Shown here in pieces: positions 37,912-52,699 of a stretch of 64,000 nt of DNA. The DNA comes from Octopus vulgaris (taxonomy: Eukaryota): positions 558,001 to 622,000 of the forward strand of contig OX597814.1 of assembly GCA_951406725.2 (NCBI GenBank), read 5' to 3'. The position numbers were made by a program, and so were the translations under genes. Position 1 is the stretch's first letter. Every line of letters begins with the position of its first letter. Below the pieces are notes generated by a model. The model was not told the origin of the DNA, did not search any database, and worked only from the letters and a program-made list of their open reading frames with translations.

Positions 37912-40775
37912 AGTGTCACCTTACTGGCACATGTGCTGGTGGCATACGAAAAACATTCGAGCGTGGTCGTTGCCGTGCCACCAGACTGGCTCCCGTGCAG
38001 GTGGCAAGTAAAAAGCACCATTCAAGTGTAATCGTTGCCAGTGTCGCCTTACTGGCACATGTGCTGGTGGCATATGAAAAACATTCGAGCGTGGTCGTTG
38101 CCAGTGCCACCAGACTGGCTCCCATGCAGGTGGCAAGTAAAAGCACCATTCAAGTGTAATCGTTGCCAGTGTCGCCTTACTGGCACATGTGCTGGTGGCA
38201 TACGAAAAACATTCGAGCGTGGTCGTTGCCAGTGCCACCAGACTGGCTCCCATGCAGGTGGCAAGTAAAAACACCATTCAAGTGTAATCGTTGCCAGTGT
38301 CGCCTTACTGGCACATGTGCTGGTGGCATACGAAAAACATTCGAGCGTGGTCGTTGCCAGTGCCACCAGACTGGCTCCCATGCAGGTGGCAAGTAAAAGC
38401 ACCATTCAAGTGTAATCGTTGCCAGTGTCGCCTTACTGGCACATGTGCTGGTGGCATACGAAAAACATTCGAGCGTGGTCGTTGCCAGTGCCACCAGACT
38501 GGCTCCCATGCAGGTGGCAAGTAAAAAGCACCATTCAAGTGTAATCGTTGCCAGTGTCGCCTTACTGGCACATGTGCTGGTGGCATACGAAAAACATTCG
38601 AGCGTGGTCGTTGCCAGTGCCACCAGACTGGCTCCCATGCAGGTGGCAAGTAAAAGCACCATTCAAGTGTAATCGTTGCCAGTGTCGCCTTACTGGCACA
38701 TGTGCTGGTGGCATACGAAAAACATTCGAGCGTGGTCGTTGCCAGTGCCACCAGACTGGCTCCCATGCAGGTGGCAAGTAAAAAGCACCATTCAAGTGTA
38801 ATCGTTGCCAGTGTCGCCTTACTGGCACATGTGCTGGTGGCATACGAAAAAACATTCGAGCGTGGTCGTTGCCAGTGCCACCAGACTGGCTCCCATGCAG
38901 GTGGCAAGTAAAAAGCACCATTCAAGTGTAATCGTTGCCAGTGTCGCCTTACTGGCACATGTGCTGGTGGCATACGAAAAACATTCGAGCGTGGTCGTTG
39001 CCAGTGCCACCAGACTGGCTCCCATGCAGGTGGCAAGTAAAAAGCACCATTCAAGTGTAATCGTTGCCAGTGTCGCCTTACTGGCACATGTGCTGGTGGC
39101 ATACGAAAAACATTCGAGCGTGGTCGTTGCCAGTGCCACCAGACTGGCTCCCATGCAGGTGGCAAGTAAAAAGCACCATTCAAGTGTAATCGTTGCCAGT
39201 GTCGCCTTACTGGCACATGTGCTGGTGGCATACGAAAAACATTCGAGCGTGGTCGTTGCCAGTGCCACCAGACTGGCTCCCATGCAGGTGGCAAGTAAAA
39301 AGCACCATTCAAGTGTAATCGTTGCCAGTGTCGCCTTACTGGCACATGTGCTGGTGGCATACGAAAAACATTCGAGCGTGGTCGTTGCCAGTGCCACCAG
39401 ACTGGCTCCCATGCAGGTGGCAAGTAAAAAGCACCATTCAAGTGTAATCGTTGCCAGTGTCGCCTTACTGGCACATGTGCTGGTGGCATACGAAAAACAT
39501 TCGAGCGTGGTCGTTGCCAGTGCCACCAGACTGGCTCCCATGCAGGTGGCAAGTAAAAGCACCATTCAAGTGTAATCGTTGCCAGTGTCGCCTTACTGGC
39601 ACATGTGCTGGTGGCATACGAAAAACATTCGAGCGTGGTCGTTGCCAGTGCCGCCAGACTGGCTCCCATGCAGGTGGCAAGTAAAAAGCACCATTCAAGT
39701 GTAATCGTTGCCAGTGTCGCCTTACTGGCACATGTGCTGGTGGCATACGAAAAACATTCGAGCGTGGTCGTTGCCAGTGCCACCAGACTGGCTCCCATGC
39801 AGGTGGCAAGTAAAAGCACCATTCAAGTGTAATCGTTGCCAGTGTCGCCTTACTGGCACATGTGCTGGTGGCATACGAAAACATTCGAGCGTGGTCGTTG
39901 CCAGTGCCGCCAGACTGGCTCCCATGCAGGTGGCAAGTAAAAAGCACCATTCAAGTGTAATCGTTGCCAGTGTCGCCTTACTGGCACATGTGCTGGTGGC
40001 ATACGAAAAACATTCGAGCGTGGTCGTTGCCAGTGCCACCAGACTGGCTCCCATGCAGGTGGCAAGTAAAAAGCACCATTCAAGTGTAATCGTTGCCAGT
40101 GTCGCCTTACTGGCACATGTGCTGGTGGCATACGAAAAACATTCGAGCGTGGTCGTTGCCAGTGCCACCAGACTGGCTCCCATGCAGGTGGCAAGTAAAA
40201 AGCACCATTCAAGTGTAATCGTTGCCAGTGTCGCCTTACTGGCACATGTGCTGGTGGCATACGAAAAACATTCGAGCGTGGTCGTTGCCAGTGCCACCAG
40301 ACTGGCTCCCATGCAGGTGGCAAGTAAAAAGCACCATTCAAGTGTAATCGTTGCCAGTGTCGCCTTACTGGCACATGTGCTGGTGGCATATGAAAAACAT
40401 TCGAGCGTGGTCGTTGCCAGTGCCGCCAGACTGGCTCCCATGCAGGTGGCAAGTAAAAAGCACCATTCAAGTGTAATCGTTGCCAGTGTCGCCTTACTGG
40501 CACATGTGCTGGTGGCATATGAAAAACATTCGAGCGTGGTCGTTGCCAGTGCCGCCAGACTGGCTCCCATGCAGGTGGCAAGTAAAAAGCACCATTCAAG
40601 TGTAATCGTTGCCAGTGTCGCCTTACTGGCACATGTGCTGGTGGCATACGAAAAACATTCGAGCGTGGTCGTTGCCAGTGCCGCCAGACTGGCTCCCATG
40701 CAGGTGGCAAGTAAAAAGCACCATTCAAGTGTAATCGTTGCCAGTGTCGCCTTACTGGCACATGTGCTGGAGGCA
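37912..40775 (+). repeat. Satellite of ~22 copies of a 128-130-bp unit (two ~64-bp subunits) inside a SINE-like element
   Basis: Near-identical unit gtgtcgccttactggcacatgtgctgg...aatcgttgcca. It continues into the family-C 3' end at 40840-41125. Confidence 0.95.
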
Positions 40776-41644
40776 CGTGAAAAACAACATTCAAGCGTGG
40801 TCGTTGCCGTGCCATCAGACTGGCTCCGATGCAGGTAGCATGTAAAAATACCCACTACACTCTTGGAGTGGTTTGCATTAGGGAGGGCATCAAGCTGTAT
40901 AAACTTTGCCAGATCAGATTGTATATATATATATATATATATACAGAGAGATAGATACAAATACACACACACACACACACACACACATGCATATCCACAG
41001 ACATATACACATGTTTCTCTCTCTCTCTCTCTTGGTAACACACTTAGTCACGTTAATAAACCATCCAACCCATGCCAGCATGGAAAGCGGACGTTAAACG
41101 ACAATGATGATGATGATGATGATGATAATGAATTAAAGAGAACAAACATACATGCTTGCATACAAGTTTGTTATTATTGTGGATCAATATCATGCTTGTT
41201 ATTTGGTGACATTTTAAAGTGAGCCGCCACAGAAATTGCCTGCTCTGAATATGATATCATTATAAATAGAAGATGTTACAATAATGGCGTGATATCATAA
41301 AAAAGTTCGTTAGCACAATGGTTCAATGTCATAAACGTTTATGATTTCCATTTTAACCCAAATCAATAGGGTACAGCCTGATGATTGACACCAAAGAATC
41401 AAATAAAAACAAATATTAATGACAAAAAATGGAGTGTAACACCTGGCACCAATGGTAGCAATACCATCCTGTGGAAGGTGTCCATATGGTGATGGTGGGG
41501 GGGGGGGGGTAATCTGTGTGTGTGTGTGTAATGAGTTTAATGCAGAACAGACAGTGGTAGACATCCACTAACACACACACACACACACACATACACTGTC
41601 TCTCAATGAATCTCTAAAAGCACAGAAGTGCATGCACACAGACA

Positions 41645-41720
<76 letters not shown>

Positions 41721-42689
41721 AACACACACACATACACACATGTCATCACAAACAGCCTGTGAACCAGCAACAGAACTTCTAGGTAGCTGTTCACTCAGCC
41801 AGAAATGGTAACCAAGTCTCCCTCAAAACACATCCCTTATAAAAAGACACATTGGAAAATGTAGTCCTAAATCCATGCCTTCTTCTCACCTACTTCCACT
41901 CACTCCTACCGTATCAAGTGGAATGGCTGTGTATCTCCTCTTACAGCAAGACCCCTGTGTTTGGCCCTTTATCATACTTCAACTTCCCGACTTCAGTCAT
42001 AAAGCCATCTCCCCATCTCAAATACTCACCCTACACACACTGACCCATGGGGACTTTTTCCCTAGTTCTTTTTCTGTCTTGTAAGTTACAACTTGACTAG
42101 TGTCAGAGCAATGAGAAAAGCACCCAGCACACACTGTAAAGTGACTGACATTATGAAGGGGGCATCCAGCTGTAGAAAGCATATTGTATTAAAGCTAACA
42201 ATGGAGCTCAACACAACCCTGAGGCTTGCTGGATCCTGTCGAACCCATGCCAGCATGGAAGAAGGACATTAAATGAATAAAAGGGCCAATATACATTATA
42301 AGTTTATTAATAAGAATGAAAGGAAATGATATGAGGTGTTAGCAAAGGTTGTGTGGGATCACACCATCCTTTCAATATTGTTCACACCAACAAAATCCCC
42401 TTGAACAAACATTGAAAAAAAAGCAAAATGTTCTGTTTTATATGGTGTGTATAGACAAAGTGAAGGGGAAATAGGTCAAACCTTTTGGTATAGGTAAGGT
42501 ACAGCTGTGTGGTTAAGAAGTTTACTTTCCAACTACATGATTTTGAGTTTAGTTTGGTCCCACTGTATTGCACTTTGAGCAAGTCTCTTTTGTTATAGTT
42601 CTGGGCCGGCCAAAGAGGCAGGTGCATGCATGTGTATGTGTGTGCACACAGACATATATGTGTGTGTGTGTGTGTGTGTGAATGAATGA

Positions 42690-43225
42690 ACGAAAGTTAC
42701 AGTGAGAGTAATAGCCAAATTAATCAGAAACAGAACCAGGCTAGAGGAGATGCAGTTTGGTTCTGTGCTAAGGAGAAGAACTACTGATGCTATCTTCTTA
42801 GCCAATTGCAGAAGTGTTTAGCTAAGAGTAAACTATTCTATTTGGCATTCATTAACCCGGAGAAAGCTTTCATCAGAGACCCTTGTTTTGTGATACGGTA
42901 GACCCTGAGAAAGCTAGGGTAACTGAATGGCAAGTGAAAGCTATACACACCATATACAAGGATGCAGTCAGTGAGGTAAGGGTTAACCATAAATTCAGTG
43001 ATAAATTCAAAGTACAGATAGGAGTAGATCAGGGTTTGGTTCTCAGTTCCCTGCTACCCACCATTGTCCTCTGAGTCATTACAGAGGAATTTAGAGCAGG
43101 TTTCCCCTGGGAATTACTATATGTTGATGATCTCACTCTTTTAGTGGAATCTGTAACAGAACTAAAATAGAAATCACAAAGGACACATGGGAAAGAGATT
43201 TTCTAGAATGCCCCTCAGGTTCCTT

Positions 43226-43274
<49 letters not shown>

Positions 43275-43710
43275 TACGACGGGCTCCTTTCAGTTCCTGC
43301 CTACCAAATTCACTCAAAAGGCTTTGGTCGGTGCGAGGCTATAGTAGAAGACACTTGCCCAAGGTGCTACGCAGTGGGACTGAACTCGGAACCATGTGGT
43401 TGGTAAGCAAGCTACTTAACACACAGCCACTCCGTTGCTAAAATAATAGGAGAGAGAACATTCAAAGAGTTATTACCTCTGTTGGCAACCAAAGTCTCCC
43501 CCTGAATAAAAGGCAGATTGTATGATGCTTGTGTGTAAACCACATTGCTATATGGCAGTGTGACATGGGCGTTTGGCTGCAGATGATATACAAAAACTAG
43601 AGAGGAATGAAACTAGTATGTTCTGATAGATGTGAATAAGAAGAATTATGAATAACAGGAATCAGGTGTAGAGTGCAAGAGCGAAGAGTGCACTGGTTTA
43701 GTCGTGTGAT
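42690..43710 (+). mobile_element. RTE LINE fragment interrupted by a SINE (43230-43432)
   Basis: MQFGSV..RRTTDAIF, EKAF, GVDQGLVLS, WELLYVDDL. Confidence 0.85.
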
Positions 43711-45826
43711 AGATACGGTGAGCTGGCAGAATCGTTAGTACGCCGAGCGAAATACTTAGCGGTATTTCATCTGCTGTTACGTTCTGAGTTCAAATTCCGC
43801 CGAGGTCGACTTTGCCTTTCATCCTTTCAGGGTCAATAAATTAAGTACCAGTTATGCACTGGGGTCGATGTAATCAACTTAATCCGTTTGTCTATCCTTG
43901 TTTGTCCCCATCTGTGTTTAGCCCCATGTGGGCAGTAAAGAAATAGGTATTTCGTCTGCTTTTACGTTCTGAGTTCAAATTCCGCCAACGTCAACTTTGC
44001 CTTTCATCCTTTTGGGGTTGATAAATTAAGTACCAGTTACACACTGGGTTGATGTAATCGACTTAATCCGTTTGTCTTTCCTTGTTTGTCCCCTCTATGT
44101 TTAGCCCCTTGTGGGTAGTAAAGAAATAGGTATGGATGGGGATAGTTGCATGAAGAAGTGCTGCTCACACTACAAACCCCATCTCATGTTCATACCCCCT
44201 ACATTCACCTCTACCCCCCATATCTAACCATCTGTTGTTACTATCCCCTCCTGATCCCCTACTCACATAACACTCCTTGCTTTCTGAAGGTTTTGCTCTG
44301 TTAACCCATCGCTGTCATCTCACCTTTATCCCTCCTGGATACTTTCATCCATTCATATGAAAGACAGCCATGGTTATTTCCCATTTCAATACATCTCTGA
44401 CAACCCCTGGCATAATGTCTCCTCTCCACCTTCTCAAATACTCCTCTACTTAGTCAAAGGGCTTCCCCATTTTCCCCTTCCCTTTTTTTTGTCCTTCTTC
44501 ATCCGGCAAGAGTGCCAATAGGAAAATAAAATAAAAAGCACCCAGTATACACTGTAAAGGGGTTGGCACTAGGAAGGGTATCCAGCCATGGGAACCATAG
44601 AAAGTAGATAGGGAGCACAATCAGTCTGGTAGGATTTGACAATTATCCAACCCATGCCAGCATGGAAAATGCACATTAAATGATGATGGTGGTGATGATG
44701 ATGATGATGATGGTAATAATGGTGGTGGTGGTTGTGTGTGTGTGTGTATGTCTCCTTGTCTTGACTTCCCGTGGGATGTCAAGTAGTACGTGAGTGTCAC
44801 TTTCATATAAGCAGTGTCATGTTTTACTGATATTCTGTGAAGTCATGGCAACAGTTGACCTTGGCATGATTTGAACTTAGAACATAAAGAGCCACAACTC
44901 TGGTTTTAATGGAACTCCTGCAATCTCGCATGAATAGTGTGCTTGCTGCCTGCCGCCCACAAGTACGATGCCATTTATTCTCTTCAACTATTTAATACTT
45001 TCGTGAAGGCAGCTGAACATGGGTTGAAATTTTAGTTTTCTGGGGTGAAAAGATGGGCGTGAAGAGTACAGCAATGGTTTGAAATGGTAGTAGTGTTAAA
45101 GAGAAACAGAGGTGTTAACCCAGTGATCGGGGGTTCAATCTGAGAACACAGATTTCGTGGTAAGATGGATTGATGTCTATTTTTAGGATATAAGGAATGC
45201 AGGCATGGCTGTGTGGTAAGTAGCTTGCTTACCAACCACATGGTTCTGGGTTCAGTCCCACTGTATGGTGACTTGGGCCAGTGTCTTCGACGATAGCCTC
45301 AGGCTGACCAAAGCCTTGTCAGTGCATTTGGTAGAAGGAAACTGAAAGAAGCCTGTCGTATATATATATATATATCTGTGTGTGTATATGTTTGTGTGTC
45401 TGTGTTTGTCCCCCCATCATTGCCCGACAACCAATGTTGGTGTGTTTACGTCCCTGTAACTTAGCAGTTCGGCAAAAGAGACCAATAGTATAAGAACTAG
45501 GCTTACAAAGAATAAATCCTGGGGTCGATTTGTTTGACTAAAAGTGGTGCTTCAGCATGGCCACAGTCAAATGACTGACACAAATGAAAGAATAGCGATC
45601 TCTCCTATTGTTTATATTATTATTATCATTATTATTATATTATTATTATATTATTATTATTATTATTATTATTATATTATTGTTATTATTTTATTATCAT
45701 TATTATTATTATTATTATTAATTTTTAGTCAGCAGAAAAGTTACAAAAGTAACTCAAAGGCTGAAAGTTTTGTACACGGTATGTGTGTATGTGTGTGTGA
45801 GTGTGTGTGTGTGTGTGTGTGAGTGT

Positions 45827-45858
<32 letters not shown>

Positions 45859-45951
45859 ACATATACGTTCAACTGGAAGAACATCTGACCACAGAAAATG
45901 CCTCGACTACTCTGTCAGATTTATGCAAACATGGAAAGCTAGAGATTAAGA

Positions 45952-45985
<34 letters not shown>

Positions 45986-46460
45986 GGTGGTGGTGGTATT
46001 GATGGTGATATATAAATGTATGTCAATGTGTTCAGCTCAGTTTATGTTCACACAAGTCCAAAAATAAACCAATGTTGTCTGGGTTGTTCACTCCCCCCCA
46101 CCACTGCCACCATTTTATGTCCCATAACTTAGCGGTTTGACAAGTAGAGATCGATTACATAACAAACAAACTGAAAAGAAGCACTAAGGGCAATACTATT
46201 GACTAAACCCTTGGAGGTAATGCCCCAGCATGGGCACAACCCAACGACAGAAACCATTAAGAAACTGTTCTAAGCCGAAAGAAATTAATAACATAGGTGT
46301 AGGAGTGGCTGTGTGGTAAGTAGCTTTCTTACGAACCAAATGGTTCTGGGTTCAGTCCCACTGTGTGGCACCTTGGGCAAGTGTCTTCCACTATAGCCTT
46401 GGGCCGACCAAAGCCTTGTGAGTGGATTTGGAGGACGGAAACTGAAAGAAGCCCGTCATA

Positions 46461-46523
<63 letters not shown>

Positions 46524-47168
46524 GTATATATGTGTGTATATGTTTGTGAGTCTGTGTTTGTCCCCGCAAGATTGCTTGACAACCGATGCTGGTGTGTTTA
46601 CATCCCCGTAACTTAACGGGTCAGCAAAAGAAGCTAATAGAATAAGTACTAGGCTTACAAAGAATAAGTCCTGGGGTCAATTTGCTCGACTAAAGGCAGT
46701 GCTCCAGCATGGCCACAGTTACATGACTGAAACAAGTAAAAAAGTAAAAAAAAAAAAAAAAAAGTAAAGTAAGCATGGTTGTGTGGTAAGAAGCTCGTTT
46801 CCCAACCACATGGCTCCAGGTTCAACCCCACCGTATGGCACTTTGGGCAACCAAAACCTTACAAGATGGAAACTGAAAGAAGCCCATTGTATATTTGTGT
46901 GTGTGTGTGCATGTGTCTTTGAGTGTGTTTGTCCCCACCATCGTTTGACAACCGGTGTTGGTTTGTTTACATCCCCATGGCATAACCATTCATCTAAAGA
47001 CACCGATAGAATAAGTACTAAGCTTAAAACAAAACAAAAAAAACCAACAAAGCACTGGGGTCAAGGTGGTGCCCCAGCATGGCCACAGTTCAATGACTGA
47101 AATAAAAGATAACCAAGTAAGTAACTACTATTACTGCTACTACTACTACTACAAGAAAGGAAACCAAC

Positions 47169-47780
47169 CTGATGACAGACATCGATCCCAGGATGAATGA
47201 AGGCAGCTGAACATGGCATAAAATTTTAGTTTTCTGGGGTGAAAAGATGGGTGTGAAGAGTACAGCAATGGTTTGAAACGGTAGAGGTGTTAAAGAGAAA
47301 CAGAGGTGTTAATCCAGTGATCAGGAGTTCAATCTGAGCTGTAGCATATGTTATAATCCTGCAAATATTTTTGGCGTATTTGGACAGTGCCACTGACTAT
47401 TCGTTGCACAATGGTTCCTGTTTTGGGTTTTGTTTTACGGGGTAGGTCATATGATGAACACAGGTACTTGCATATAAGGGTGCAGAGAAGAATAGGGTAC
47501 TCAGCAGTGGAGAGGAAGAAGAGAACTGAAGACAGTTATGTTGGAAATATGTTGCTTTTTTTTTAAGTAAATTAATCAAGTTCTGTCCGGTTTTGAGATA
47601 AAGGACCGTTTGGTAAAAAAAAAAATCCCTGAAATTTTATCTCTTTGTTTGGATTGCAGTTGCTGCACATACGCGTCAGTCTGGTGTTTGTTTGGCTGTG
47701 CAGGCGCAGATGCGTTATGTCACTGCACCAAAAGGCAGAAAAGATCTCGGCCCAAAACGTCCGACCGGTCGTCGATTGAA
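47169..47780 (-). promoter_or_regulatory. Candidate promoter and non-coding first exon of the CBM48 gene
   Basis: Non-repetitive, locally CpG-richer stretch at 47650-47780. A donor-like cag|gttggt lies at 47169. The ATG exon begins with an acceptor, so an upstream UTR exon is required. Confidence 0.35.
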
Positions 47781-50366
47781 GTGTGATGTCAGGTATTAAA
47801 TTAGTTCGTGTTTAACGATGATGATGATGACACAATAACGAGAGAGGGGGGAAGGAAGAGAGAGAGAGAGTGTGTGAGGAGGAGGGAGGGTGGGAGAGAG
47901 AAATGCAAAGAAGGTATAAGACATGTGACCTCTGTGATGTCAAATGGTGGAGGAATGTGTTTGCAAGGGAATTTGTGGGGCACACTTCAGAGAGAAGGGA
48001 AGGTGGGGGAGGACCGTGTGAAAATGTAGTAAAAAAACACCTGCAGGAATGAAATAAGCCGGTTGGCAACAAACTGTGTTCCATCAGAGAGGAATAAAGA
48101 CCACTGAGGCAACAGAGACACTCAGACACACAGACAGACAAAACTGTTTAAATTCTATTTTTGTTATTTCTCTATGCTGTTGGTTGGTAATTTAATAACT
48201 GTCGACTTTTTTCTCATTATTTAGAATTTCATCATCATCATCATCATCATCATCGTCATCATTGTTTTAATGTTCACTTTTCCTTGCTTGCGTAAATCAG
48301 ACGGAATTTATTCAGGCAGATTTTTCTTCGACAGGATGCCCTTCCTGTCCCCAACCCTCACCTGTTTCCAAGCAAGGTCGCCATACTTCTCCATGACTGA
48401 ACACATTTCCCCCCAGAAGACAAGAAATGAACAACATCACTTGTATGATGGTGATGTTTGTTTACAACCATCACATGATGTCAAGACACGGTTACACACA
48501 CACAGAGCAGGCTTCTTTTACTTTCTGTTCACCAAATCCATCCACAAACCCCAGGGCTATAGTAGAAGCCACTTTCCCAAGGAGCTGAACAGTGGAACTG
48601 AACCCAAAACCACATGGTTGGGAAGCAAGCTCCTCTTGGCCATAAAGCCACTCTTTTACATCTGAAGAGACATGTCAACAAACCATTGCTTGCTACCTGA
48701 AGTTCAGAATTGTCTGTCCCATTATTACTAATCTTTACTACCTGGTTAAATACATACCTTAATCTTTTGGCATTTAAATCGACCATATCAACCCCAAATC
48801 CGTTTTATGCTCAGACCAGCCAGATCCAGTCTCTCACACCTACTCTACAATGTCTTTCTAAAAATAAACAGTTACTCTTTTACTTGTTTCAGTCATGTGA
48901 CTGTGGCCATGCTGGAGCACTGCCTTATGTTGAGCAAATCGACCCCAGGACATATTCTTTGTAAGCCTAGTATTATTCTATCAGTCTCTTTTGCCGAACC
49001 GCTAAGTTATGGGGATTTAAACACATCAGCATTGGTTGTCAAGTGATGTTGGGGAGACAAACACAGACACACAAACACATATATATATATACATATATAC
49101 AACGGGCTTCTTTCAGTTTCCGTCTACCAAATCCACTCACAAGGCATTGGTCGACCCGAGGCTATAGTAGAAGACACTTGCCCAAGGTGCCACGCAGTGG
49201 GACTGAACCTGGATCCATGTGGTTCTTAGGCAAGCTACTTACCACACAGCCACTCCTATGCCTATATAGTTATAGAAATCTCAGAGCTACAAGACAACAC
49301 ATGATTAATTCAAAACAATGTGAATAAATGAATTTAACTTTTGATAGCAAAATTTAAATGCTAAAGGATTAACCGTTTTGATTGCCGACCATCAAACACC
49401 AGCCCTGCCTCTATTTGGCAAACCAGCTTGTTTTAAAGCATTCATTTCTGAATAAACTTTCATATTTCATATTGAAACTTCTTCGTTATGTCCCCATAAA
49501 TCATCTTCATTTGAAAGGACTTAATCAAATGATTACCCTTTTACTGTTGTCTTCAAATTCATAATTATTTTCAAAAATAATTGAAATATATAGGATAGTC
49601 TGTTTCGTCAAAAATAGGGCCTCAAAATGGCCAAGGGTCTAATATAGGGACCTAATGTCTGGTTAGTCACGTTCTTTTTCATGCTTTTGATGGTGTTGAT
49701 GATGGTGGGGGAAAAGTTGGCGAGGAAGATAATGGCTACAGTAATGATTGTGGTGGTAGTTGTGAAGATAATGAGGATGATGATGATGATGATTGAAATA
49801 ATGACAGTATTGGTGATGACAAACCTTAATGAATATCAACAAACACACTGCTATTCATTATCAACAGTGGGAGCCATTATAAATCCCGACAAATCTGAAT
49901 GACCCCAGATCCAAAAAGAAATGTTCCTGTTGGGTAAAAACTTTCAGTTTCCAAAACAATAAAAAACCCTAAATTCCCTCCCTTGAACAAAATCAGTTTT
50001 AGGGGTTTAATCACAAACCATGATTAATTCATGCAGCCCTCAAGCACCCTTCCAACAGCCCCTGATGGTTTTCTTTCTATAAAGATAATAAATTTTTTCT
50101 TTAATTAACTTCTGTTTTATGTATTTTTTTTTTTTTGCAGGGGTGCCTCCCCACTAAACCAGGTTTTGGATCTGGCCTGGATATTAAAAAAGGTTGAGAA
50201 CCACTGCTCTAGAATGTGGCTGTGTGGTTGAGAAGTTTGCCTCTCAGCCACATGGTTCCAGGTTCAATACTGGTGTGTGACACCTTAGGTAAATGTTTTC
50301 TACTATATCCTTGGGCTGGCCTGAGCCTTTTGAGTGGATTTGTTAGGTGAAAACTGAAAGGAGCCC

Positions 50367-50409
<43 letters not shown>

Positions 50410-50576
50410 ATACAAGTTTTTTTTTATCATCTCTGTTTATTGTCTCTTATTCCTTTCTGTTGAAGAGCATAGGCTCAAAATGTAAAAGACTTTTCCATTC
50501 TTCCCGAGCATCAAACTAATACACCTGCTTGTTGTTCATACACCTGTCTTCGTCTTTTGTTTTTCTATAAATTTCA

Positions 50577-50642
<66 letters not shown>

Positions 50643-50647
50643 GTATC

Positions 50648-50696
<49 letters not shown>

Positions 50697-50992
50697 GACA
50701 ATACTTTCGTGAAACGATCGTACAATGCATTAATTAACAAATTTTTAAGTGATCATGTTTCATATATTTATATATATTCTTAATACAATACTATTTTAGA
50801 TAAATATATATCTTCACGAGGAATTTTTTTTATATTAAATTTCATGCTATTATTTCAAAATACACTATATATAATCACTTGTATTAATGTCTAAATACTT
50901 TATAGTATTAATATTTTTGACATTTTATACAAAGTGCACTCATTATGAATGAATTCAGTGTATAATATTCTAACAGAATACATTTAATTAAT

Positions 50993-51029
<37 letters not shown>

Positions 51030-51141
51030 GTTGAAATGGAAAGATGAATTATCTTGTTACGGATTATTCAGGAGTGTCCTCGTTCGAATTGCTTTGCTGC
51101 GCTTTTGTTTTGTTTTGTTCTGACAACGTAATTCCTGGTTT

Positions 51142-51221
51142 TTCCTGAAGAGAAAGCTGCAATATGGTATCCTTATTTAATCAGAATTTGGAAAATTGTG
51201 GCCTTTGAAACATGTGTAGAA
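51142..51221 (+). ncRNA. Hammerhead-like motif with long stem II
   Basis: UUC-CUGAAGA-GAAAGCUGCAAU...AUUGUGGCCUUU-GAAA-C-AUGU-GU-A-GAA, inside a (TA)n-flanked ~250-bp insert. Confidence 0.55.
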
Positions 51222-51275
51222 TGTAATAAAAGGAATTCTGTACAATCTTCGTTCAACTCCATTTCTTCCATTCAC

Positions 51276-51331
<56 letters not shown>

Positions 51332-51353
51332 CATACATACATACATACATACA

Positions 51354-51385
<32 letters not shown>

Positions 51386-52236
51386 AAGTGTGTTCGTCTG
51401 AAACCATGCGTGTTGAAATTAAAGTTGTTGCAGCATAAAAGACCCTTGTTAGCCATTCCAAAATACAAACACACTTTTAGCTTCACTTGAATATGCTTGT
51501 AATGCAGAGTCGGAATTTAAGGTAGAGAGCTGACAGAATCATTAGCGGAATTTCACTTGTCTTTATGTTCTGAGTTCAAATTCCGCTGACACCAACTTTG
51601 CCTCTCGTCCTTTTAGGTACAATAAGTACCAGCTGATATTGGGGGATCAATGAAATTGACTTAACCCCTCCCCTCAAAATTGCTGGGTTTGTGCCAACAT
51701 TTGAAACCAATATCATATTAAAATGTTTGCCACTTGAAACTGTAGCCTGACCACTGATTACTGCCCAAAAACAATTTTATGTACTGATATCTTCTGTCAT
51801 TATTGTCAGTGTCGTTGTCATCATCATTGCCCTCATCACCGTCATCATTATCATTATCATTGTCGTCGTCATCATTATCATTGTCGTCATCGTCATCATC
51901 ATTGTAGTCGTCTCGTCATCATCAGCATCACCATTGTCACCATTGGTCAACGTCCACTTTTCCATGCTAGTATGGGTCAGATAGAATTTGCTGAGGCAGA
52001 ATTTCTCTGGCTGGATACCTTTCCTGCTGCCAACCTTCATTCGTTTCCAAGCAACAATAATTTCCCCTGTGGAAAACTGGAGACATACAACATTACTTGT
52101 ATGATGTAAATATTCAGTTATAGTCATCATGAGAAAAACTAAGACAAGGATGCTCAGAACTAACTTACAATCTGTCAGTTATGATGATGAGTGCTCCAGC
52201 TGGTCGGTCAATGGAACAGTCTGCTCATAAAATTAA

Positions 52237-52699
52237 ACCATTTTCATACTGATCCAGCTGAAACCACCTCTGGCTCTGAGTACAAATGTCTTGTTTTCAT
52301 AAGTTCTAATTTAAAATCTTCCACCAAACCTTAGTCACAATTTATGTTCCTAATACCAGCTTAAAGATAACTAAGTTATTTTACTAAATTCTTTGTTATA
52401 TTTAAAGTAATTGAAAGAAACACAGAGCATCTCAACAGAAATATGGTGACAAAAAGGGTTAACAAATGATTGATTTAACCCTTTTCATACTGACCCAGCT
52501 GAAACTGGTTCTGGCTCCGAGTACAAATGTCTTGTTTTCAATAGTATTGAATTAAAATCTTCCACCAAACCTTAGTCACAATTTATGTTCCTGACACTAG
52601 CTTAATGATATACTAAATTATTTTACTAAATTCTTTGTTATATTTAAAGTAATTGAAATAAACACAGAGCATCTCAACAGAAATATGGTGACAAAAGGG
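52237..52699 (+). mobile_element. Two tandem piggyBac-like (TTAA) MITEs of ~220 bp
   Basis: TTAA-ccct...aggg-TTAA at 52237-52458 and 52479-52699. Related decayed copies at ~54700-55050 and ~63590-63908. Confidence 0.7.

Noticed and set aside
37912-40840. Long ORFs (up to 505 aa) and a CRISPR-like look in the 129-bp array
   Set aside because: The unit is 43 codons without stops, and ORFs appear on both strands and in several frames. There are no unique spacers and no cas genes, and the context is eukaryotic.
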